Shown here piece by piece: positions 57,465-64,000 of a stretch of DNA of 64,000 nt. How positions within the stretch are numbered: the stretch's first letter is position 1; every line of letters starts with the position of its first letter. The stretch is from positions 608,001 through 672,000 of the forward strand of contig CAVSHF010000005.1 of NCBI GenBank assembly GCA_963727805.1, read 5' to 3'. The notes beneath the pieces were generated by a model. The model ran no database searches and was not told the DNA's origin. It saw nothing but the letters and a program-made list of their open reading frames with translations. A program made the position numbers and the translations under genes. The stretch comes from an uncultured Nitrospiraceae bacterium. GTDB lineage: Bacteria > Nitrospirota > Thermodesulfovibrionia > Thermodesulfovibrionales > Dissulfurispiraceae.

Positions 57465-58555
57465 GGAGGCCATAAGTAAAGCCCCGTTTAAGCTGCATAT
57501 CGAACATTCGGCTCCTTAAAGAATGCACAGACTTTCTCTGGATTCCGTTGCAGAAGCCGGAGGTGGCCGCGCACTTTCATCCCAAGATCATCTGGGCCTT
57601 TCACCGAAGAACGACTCACTCTCCGCTTAACACTATTCCATACTAGCTCATCAGGGTTGAGTTCCGGTGAGTACGGTGGCAAAAAGAACAGCTGCAATTT
57701 TCCCTTTAGTGTCTCCACAAACTTCTTAACCATTGATGATCTGTGCACCGGATGACTGTCTAGAATCAGAAATACGCTATTATCAACATTGTGCATCAGA
57801 CGCTTGAGAAACTCACAGAATACCGTTGCGTTTATCTTTCCCGTATGAGTCATGAACCGTATTTTGCCTTTCGCTGTAATGGCGGACAGCATATTCATTG
57901 AAAAACGGGCTCCTGTCGTTGCAATGATCGGGGTATCTCCGCGTAATCCCCACGTTGTGCCACGGTGGTAATCAGACCGCATCCCTGCCTCGTCTCCGAA
58001 ATATATTTCTGCCTTAATCTTCTTTGCCTTTGCCCTGATCTTCGGATAATCCTGCTCAACCCATTGTTGCACAAGAACCCCGTCTTGCTGAAAAGCCCTC
58101 ATCAAAGGCTTCTGACAGCTTAACCCCAGTTTCTTCAAGAGTCTCCCGACAGAGGTGATACTTAGCTTGATCCTGTATTTTCTCTTAATCAACTCTTTGA
58201 CCATTTCCCGCGTCCACAAGGCATAAGGAAACTGCAATTGCAGAGGGTTCTTTGTCGTAACAGTCCTGAATATCCAGCGCAGTTGACTTCCCGTTAGCCT
58301 TAACGGTCTCCCCGAAAGAACCCTCGCCCTCAGCGCCTCTACGCCACCTTCTCGATATTTCGCTATCCATTTGTAGATGCAGCGTCGGTTCATCCCCAAG
58401 GCCCTAATTACCACCTCAGGGCTCTCCCCTGCCTCAACCTGTTTGACTGCCCTAATTCGAATCGCCTCTAAAACCTCATGTCTGAGTTTCCTGCCATCAG
58501 TGGTATTCATGCATACTAGTATACCATAATGAGGCCTTACTTATGCACTACTTAG
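57461..58555 (-). mobile_element. IS630-family insertion sequence
   Basis: Imperfect IRs CTAAG-n5-CATAAGTAA at both ends, flanked by duplicated TA (57459-60, 58556-57). Confidence 0.85.
57488..58510 (-). CDS. IS630-family transposase
   Basis: N-terminal HTHs, FGDEAG, LILDSHPVH, LPPYSPELNPDE. Confidence 0.93.
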   Translation of the reverse strand: MNTTDGRKLRHEVLEAIRIRAVKQVEAGESPEVVIRALGMNRRCIYKWIAKYREGGVEALRARVLSGRPLRLTGSQLRWIFRTVTTKNPLQLQFPYALWTREMVKELIKRKYRIKLSITSVGRLLKKLGLSCQKPLMRAFQQDGVLVQQWVEQDYPKIRAKAKKIKAEIYFGDEAGMRSDYHRGTTWGLRGDTPIIATTGARFSMNMLSAITAKGKIRFMTHTGKINATVFCEFLKRLMHNVDNSVFLILDSHPVHRSSMVKKFVETLKGKLQLFFLPPYSPELNPDELVWNSVKRRVSRSSVKGPDDLGMKVRGHLRLLQRNPEKVCAFFKEPNVRYAA

Positions 58556-58579
58556 TAACTGTTATTGAAGGTGAGAACT

Positions 58580-59086
58580 ATGAAAGCCCTTATTATCAGC
58601 GCCGACAACTTCGAGGACACCGAACTCCTCGTCCCCTTCTATCGACTGAAAGAAGAAGGGATCGATATCGATATCGCTTCAATGAAGCGAGGCCCCTTTA
58701 AAGGGAAACACGGCTATGAAGTAGAAGCGGTTAAGGCCCTCGATGAAGTGAAGTCCGATGATTATGATTTTCTCTTACTGCCAGGCGGAAAAGCTCCAGA
58801 GGCGGTCCGTAAGGAAGGACGGGCACTCGACATCTCGCGCCATTTTTTCGAGAAGAACAAGCTGGTGGCTGCCATATGTCACGGCCCGCAAACATTGATA
58901 TCCGCAGGACTTATGAAAGGCAGGCATGCAACCTGTTACAAGTCCGTCGCTCAGGAAATGAAGGATGCTGGCGCCCTGTATGAGGATAAGGAAGTCGTCA
59001 TCGACGGAAACCTCGTCACATCCCGACAACCCTCTGACCTGCCGGCTTTCATGAAGGCGATAATGAAGATGATAAAAGAAAAGTAG
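58580..59086 (+). CDS. pfpI: PfpI/DJ-1-family protein
   Basis: FEDTEL, LPGG, AICHGP, VTSRQP.DL. Confidence 0.9.
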   Translation: MKALIISADNFEDTELLVPFYRLKEEGIDIDIASMKRGPFKGKHGYEVEAVKALDEVKSDDYDFLLLPGGKAPEAVRKEGRALDISRHFFEKNKLVAAICHGPQTLISAGLMKGRHATCYKSVAQEMKDAGALYEDKEVVIDGNLVTSRQPSDLPAFMKAIMKMIKEK

Positions 59087-59107
59087 GGGCTATCTATGGG
59101 GTCGACC

Positions 59108-59338
59108 CTAAAAACAAAATCCAGGTAGGCGCAGGGTCCTGCCCGGACTGGACTTCTTGCGCCGGAGATCGACGAAGAGCTGCTCGTAGGATTCTTCTAC
59201 TCTCTGCAGACAGTCCTGACAGTTCTGGCACTCCTGACTGTGGATTATGCAAAGTGCGAGGTCTCCTTTCCGTCTCTTTGGCAGGAAGTTCTGCGGTTCG
59301 TAGTAGGTTAAGTCCCTTGCTGGTGTCTCTTTAGCCGT
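59108..59338 (-). CDS. Uncalled Cys-rich 76-aa ORF with ACG start (or start-loss pseudogene)
   Basis: GGGGAG RBS 5 nt before ACG; open frame containing CIIHSQECQNCQDC. Confidence 0.4.
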   Translation of the reverse strand, partial: TAKETPARDLTYYEPQNFLPKRRKGDLALCIIHSQECQNCQDCLQRVEESYEQLFVDLRRKKSSPGRTLRLPGFCF

Positions 59339-59655
59339 CTATGCTCCCCTGTCGCACCATTATAAAAACTGTGCAGCCCAAAAAAAGTTCTTCATACCGG
59401 ATTGCTGGAAATCCGTTGGATATGCTTGGTATTGATAGGACAGACAGAATGTTTGGGTCGATAAATCGCTACTGTCCTTTCTCGGTCTCGACATAATATG
59501 GGAATCTCATGCTTTTTTATATGTATCCTTTCGACATCTGTCAACCCACTTACAGGCCCATCCCCACCGCGCCGAAGGGGACCTTTTGCCCTGGAAGATA
59601 AAATAGTTATAATCCGAAACATTCCTTGTCCTTCCCGCCTTTTCTATTCTGCTAA

Positions 59656-60579
59656 TCACCTGCGCGCCAGAGACCATTTCAGCGATTCCAAAAACTCTAT
59701 CGGTTCGCTACCGCACACTGCCTTTATACCGCCCATCAACGCATCGCCGTAAAGTCCGCATACATTGTCCTTCCACATCATACGGATGAGGTCCGAAGAA
59801 ATGGGCGGATTATCCATGATCGTCTCGGCGACTCGTCCTGCCCATGTCATCATGCATTTCGGCATGCTAAGGTAAAGCACTCTCCTCTGTAATATCGAAA
59901 AAACGGCATCAAGTAACTGCCGAAAACTCATTGCCTCAGAACCGCAGAGTTCATACACCCTGTTGTCGGTTTCGGTCTTCACAAGGGAAGCGGCAAACGA
60001 GCCTGCAACATCCCTCACGTCAACAGGCTGCATGCGGTGCTCTCCTCCCGCAGGGAGTGGAACGACAGGCATAATTCTGGTGAATTTCTGCATATCCGAA
60101 AAAAGTTTTTGTTCTGGTCCGATGATTACGGAAGGCCTGAAGATCGTATGCGTAAGGCCAGATGCGCGAAGTTCCTGCTCTCCTTTGAGCTTTGTCTTAT
60201 GATAATGAGAAGGAGCATCGGGATGGACACCGAGGGCACTCATATGAACCACTTTTTTAATTCCAATTTCTTTTGCGATAGCATATAAATCGCTAGGGAT
60301 TTCGTGATGTACCCTTTCAAAAGTAATTCCTTTTGAGCGGATTTCAGAGATGATACCAATAAGATGGATAATAGCGTCGGGCATCACTGTCTGGAGCGCT
60401 TTCCTGATGGAGTGTCGATCGCTGAAATCAGTGCCTATGGGAGACACCCGTTTACTGAATATGACATCGACTTTCGCGATGTCTCTCGCTGCCGCATGGA
60501 CTTCAATTCCTTGCGCCAGTAATTCGTTCACTACATACTTCCCCACAAAACCCGTTGCCCCCGTCACGAAAACCTTCAT
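59656..60579 (-). CDS. NDUFA9-like atypical SDR (NAD-binding)
   Basis: VTGATGFVG, HMSALG, YHKTK, FRPSVIIG, QPVDVRDVA. Confidence 0.88.
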   Translation of the reverse strand: MKVFVTGATGFVGKYVVNELLAQGIEVHAAARDIAKVDVIFSKRVSPIGTDFSDRHSIRKALQTVMPDAIIHLIGIISEIRSKGITFERVHHEIPSDLYAIAKEIGIKKVVHMSALGVHPDAPSHYHKTKLKGEQELRASGLTHTIFRPSVIIGPEQKLFSDMQKFTRIMPVVPLPAGGEHRMQPVDVRDVAGSFAASLVKTETDNRVYELCGSEAMSFRQLLDAVFSILQRRVLYLSMPKCMMTWAGRVAETIMDNPPISSDLIRMMWKDNVCGLYGDALMGGIKAVCGSEPIEFLESLKWSLARR

Positions 60580-60779
60580 TCCCGTCCTCCGGTATGCTAA
60601 AAACGATAACTTCAGCAACACTGATCAACTTCGTTCAATAATCTGTTTTATTGTAACTCAAAATAAAGAGATGTGACAGTCTCCTTTTCCCTGAATCTTA
60701 TAAGAAGGATAAAACTAGGCGCGAAAGAATTATAAATGATTGCGAATTGCAGAAGTACCCTCTATAAAGGGTGGAGTGT

Positions 60780-61805
60780 TTATGGAGAAAAAATAATAAC
60801 GATTGCATATATGACATAAAACAAGCCACTTAATAGCACCGTGACGGGTGAGAGCTTTTTTCGTATCGAGATATCAGCTAGGACCATTAATGTCGATAGA
60901 AGAGCGAGGATCGCGGAAAAGAGAGAGAGACCAGAGAGTGCCCAATCGGTGAAGAGCAGTCCGAGCGAAACGGGGAATGTTGCCTGAAAAACCATAGCCC
61001 CGGTTATATTCCCAACCGCAAGAGAGTCTTTTCCTTTGAAGGTCCAACTTACGCTATTGAACTTTTCCGGCAGTTCGGTTGCAATCGGGGCCACGAGAAG
61101 GGCAAAAAGAAGCGGGCTTACCCCCCAAGCTCTGGAGAGCATCTCAAGCCCTCTCACAAATACTTGAGCACCTCCAACCATCAATGCAAGCGCGCATGTA
61201 ACCTGAAAACCGATAAGAGGGATTCCTTCAGGACCTTGTGTTACGGCTGAAGACCGGTTGCGAAGAAACTTAACAAATCTTCTCATGTAGAGTTCCTCGG
61301 CATGAAAGATGCCCTCACTTTTCCCCCTAAAAGTAATTACTGCGTAAATGATGTAGCCAACCACAAGTCCAACCGCGATAAAGATCCTGCCCCCCTTAAC
61401 GAAAGCGGGAATCGAGATCGCCGCCCCATACATTAAGATAAAAAAAACGAGGTCTCTTTTCACGTTATGGAGTTCTACCCGCAGCTCAAAAGCTCTTTTC
61501 TTCCTGATAAAGCTAGCAATCGCGGTGACACCAACGAGAAAAAAAGCGAGTGTCGATAACATGAATGGGGCCCCGAGTATTGCTCCAACCCCGATATGTT
61601 TGCCGGCGGTTCCTCCATGCATAAAGATAGCCACGAAAGGGAGTATCGTTTCGGGCAGTGCCGTGCCAACCGCAGCCAGGAGGCTTCCCACGACGGCCTG
61701 AGATAGACAAAGTCTGCTGCCAAAGGCCTCGACGCCGTTGGTGAAAACTTCAGCACTGATTAATATCATCAGCAGGCTTAAGATGAGCAGAAAGATTTCT
61801 ATCAT
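60780..61805 (-). CDS. Sodium:calcium antiporter family protein
   Basis: Alpha repeats AVGTALPE and PIATELPE, GNITGA. Confidence 0.88.
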   Translation of the reverse strand: MIEIFLLILSLLMILISAEVFTNGVEAFGSRLCLSQAVVGSLLAAVGTALPETILPFVAIFMHGGTAGKHIGVGAILGAPFMLSTLAFFLVGVTAIASFIRKKRAFELRVELHNVKRDLVFFILMYGAAISIPAFVKGGRIFIAVGLVVGYIIYAVITFRGKSEGIFHAEELYMRRFVKFLRNRSSAVTQGPEGIPLIGFQVTCALALMVGGAQVFVRGLEMLSRAWGVSPLLFALLVAPIATELPEKFNSVSWTFKGKDSLAVGNITGAMVFQATFPVSLGLLFTDWALSGLSLFSAILALLSTLMVLADISIRKKLSPVTVLLSGLFYVIYAIVIIFSP

Positions 61806-61807
61806 TC

Positions 61808-62353
61808 TCAGCAGACGATAAAGACCGGGCAGGAAGAAGATCGAATGACAGACTCCGATACACCACCTAGATGGATGCCGCTTAAGAAAGTCGACCCTCT
61901 CGCTCCCATAACGATGAGGTCAATATCCATATCCCAACCGGCCTCACTGATTATTGAACAAGGATCGCCACACCTGATCATCCGTTGCACACCGCCAATA
62001 TCTTGGACAAGACTGGCGAGTCGCTGCTCGGCATCGGTCATAGTTTTGCTCAAATACCCTTCTTGATCCTTTGCATTGCAACCTTTGCGCAAAGAAAACT
62101 GAAAATAGGGGTCGGAAATCATGTGAAGAACGATTAGTTCTGACTTGTTCTCCTTTGCGAGATATCCCGCCCACCCGAGTGCATTGATAGAGCCGGCTGA
62201 AAAATCGACAGGACAGAGTATCTTTCTTATTTTTACCGCACCGGCGACGGCACCCTTATTACCTGCCATGCCGGCGGGCCATTCCGTATAAGTTAGTGTA
62301 TTATTGGTATTAGGGTCAAAATCAAGTGCCGCGATTGTCTTTTTTAAATCCAT
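61808..62353 (-). CDS. Universal stress protein
   Basis: KILCPVDFS...DLIVMGARG...GGVSESVIR. Confidence 0.8.
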   Translation of the reverse strand: MDLKKTIAALDFDPNTNNTLTYTEWPAGMAGNKGAVAGAVKIRKILCPVDFSAGSINALGWAGYLAKENKSELIVLHMISDPYFQFSLRKGCNAKDQEGYLSKTMTDAEQRLASLVQDIGGVQRMIRCGDPCSIISEAGWDMDIDLIVMGARGSTFLSGIHLGGVSESVIRSSSCPVFIVC

Positions 62354-62417
62354 TCTGTCGTCGGGCTATGAGATCTTTATGTTTTCAGAATCCATTTCAA
62401 ACTGTCCGATGGAAGCG

Positions 62418-62450
62418 AAAAAAAAAGAGGTGACGCTCCCTGTCACCTCT
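62418..62450 (-). terminator. Intrinsic terminator of hup
   Basis: AGAGGTGAC/GTCACCTCT stem followed by a T-tract on the minus strand. Confidence 0.8.
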
Positions 62451-62469
62451 CCCTTTCGTGATGGATTGC

Positions 62470-62742
62470 TTACTTTATTGAATCTTTCAAGGTCTTGCCT
62501 GCGGTGAACTTCGGTACTTTTGTAGCAGGGATCTTGATCTCTTGGCCGGTCCTCGGGTTGCGTCCTTTTCTTGCCTTCCTCTTGGAAACGGAGAATGTCC
62601 CGAAACCTACGAGGGTGACCTTCTGTCCCTTCTTGAGAGAAAGTCCGATAGTCTTGATGGTTGCATCGAGCGCGTTACCCGCGTCTGCTTTGGTGAGGTT
62701 CGCTGCTGCTGCGATCTTATCGATCAAATCGGCTTTTGTCAT
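62470..62742 (-). CDS. hup: DNA-binding protein HU
   Basis: [26 protein letters not shown]. Confidence 0.95.
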   Translation of the reverse strand: MTKADLIDKIAAAANLTKADAGNALDATIKTIGLSLKKGQKVTLVGFGTFSVSKRKARKGRNPRTGQEIKIPATKVPKFTAGKTLKDSIK

Positions 62743-62846
62743 AGCTTAATCCCTCCTTTCTTTAAATAGTATTTGCATGTTGCTATAAACAATACCAAGA
62801 AGAATGGTTTTTGTCAAGAGGGAAAATAGACAAAATCGCGTAAATA

Positions 62847-64000
62847 TTACCTCCTCACATGCACCACTCCGTCCATCTGTGCTATCTTATTAATCAGGCC
62901 GATGAGCTGGTTTCTATCCTTTATCTCGATAGTGAGTTCGATAAGCGCCCTTTTGTCGGCCGTCGAATCGGCTTTTACCGAGGTAATATTCACATTCAGC
63001 AAAGAGATAAGGGCGCTGAGATTGGCTAGTATCCCCGGTTTGTCAAGACTTTCGACGAATACCTTCGTCTGCGTCGTCGCATCCCCATCATGGCTCCATT
63101 CGACCTCGATCATACGCTCTGCATCACCTGCTAGCCTTTCGAGATTAGGACACTGTTTTCGGTGGATGGTAACCCCTTTGCCTTTGGTAATGAACCCTAT
63201 AATATTGTCTCCGGGCACGGGCAGACAGCATTTGCCGATACGATAAAGAACATTATCGATCCCCTTGATCCTAATAACATCCCGATGCACCTTCTCATGT
63301 CGAACCGTTTTGGGAAGGAGCGGTTCTTCTTTTTCAGGTTCAAACTTGTTAATCACCTGATGTGCCGATATTTTCCCATAGCCGATAAGAACAAAGAGGT
63401 CTTCCAGCGTTTGGATACTAAAGCTCTTTAGGACTTCTTCCATCTTAGTGGACTTCAGTATGGCAAGTGGCAAACTATGCCTTCTCAGCTCTTCCTCGAT
63501 GAGTTTCGTGCCGAGTTCAACTCCCCTCTTACGCTCCTCCGCCCTAGTCCACTGCCGGATTCTGCTTTTAGCACGTTGGGTTACAACGAATTTGAGCCAG
63601 TCCTTGCTCGGGGTCTGTGTCGGGGAAGTAAGGATCTCGACCACATCTCCGCTGTTAAGCTTATATCTCAAAGGAACGATTCTGCCGTTTACCTTGGCGC
63701 CGACACACCTGTTGCCGACAGCAGAATGGATGCTGAAAGCAAAATCGATCGGCGTCGAATCGACCGGCAGTTCCTTGATGTCGCCACGCGGAGTAAATAC
63801 GTATACCGTATCGGGGACAACCTCTCCCTTGACCGCCTCGAGGAATTCCTTAGCATCGGATATCTCTTTGACGAGGTCCCGCAGCCAGGTGACAAAACGA
63901 GAGTTTTTTTGGTCGACTGCCTCTCTTTTTTCCTTATACCTCCAATGAGCCGCAATGCCCTCTTCAGCAATCTCGTCCATCTCCTTGGTACGAATCTGCA
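62847..64000 (-). CDS. relA: RelA/SpoT (p)ppGpp synthetase/hydrolase, C-terminal part
   Basis: AEEGIAAHWRYK, TGS (TPIDFAF.IHS.VG), CCLPVPGD, ACT domain; 5' part outside the window. Confidence 0.92.
   Translation of the reverse strand, partial: QIRTKEMDEIAEEGIAAHWRYKEKREAVDQKNSRFVTWLRDLVKEISDAKEFLEAVKGEVVPDTVYVFTPRGDIKELPVDSTPIDFAFSIHSAVGNRCVGAKVNGRIVPLRYKLNSGDVVEILTSPTQTPSKDWLKFVVTQRAKSRIRQWTRAEERKRGVELGTKLIEEELRRHSLPLAILKSTKMEEVLKSFSIQTLEDLFVLIGYGKISAHQVINKFEPEKEEPLLPKTVRHEKVHRDVIRIKGIDNVLYRIGKCCLPVPGDNIIGFITKGKGVTIHRKQCPNLERLAGDAERMIEVEWSHDGDATTQTKVFVESLDKPGILANLSALISLLNVNITSVKADSTADKRALIELTIEIKDRNQLIGLINKIAQMDGVVHVRR

Noticed and set aside
59392..59622. 76-aa minus-strand ORF after the NDUFA9-like gene
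   Set aside because: No recognisable motif or convincing RBS spacing; cannot be supported

Overview
Bacterial chromosomal window, mostly housekeeping genes, from what looks like an anaerobic Nitrospirota/Desulfobacterota-like organism (lineage inferred from gene content, not tested). Core blocks: thrS-infC-rpmI-rplT-pheST, lysS-lolE-lolD, tpiA-secG, rimP-nusA-recG, pilD, typA, mtgA, leuCD, greB, citrate synthase, pgk, recQ, nth, HU and a partial relA/spoT. Accessory parts: a sigma54/GntR-associated TauE-USP-two-component-PEP-utilizer cluster, two intact IS elements and a cytochrome P460 module. The main discovery is at 382-1760 on the minus strand. An uncalled 37-codon ORF (1546-1659) reads MKKELSKAALAKEAVLWDRLKKTSPGKAC-RK-TGA-SS-TGA-KS-TAA. 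A 17-nt SECIS-like hairpin lies exactly 11 nt after the second TGA, followed by a strong terminator-like hairpin and a radical SAM/SPASM gene. This looks like a two-gene RiPP system whose precursor carries two selenocysteines in a CxxUxxU motif. Other items missed by the ORF track: tandem KPGWW..H..LGH membrane micropeptides before cytochrome P460, a Cys-rich ORF with an ACG start, ATA starts on both thrS and infC, a palindromic back-to-back promoter between lysS and tpiA, several apparently leaderless genes, and a decayed CPA1 antiporter. All family assignments are from motif recognition; no searches were run.
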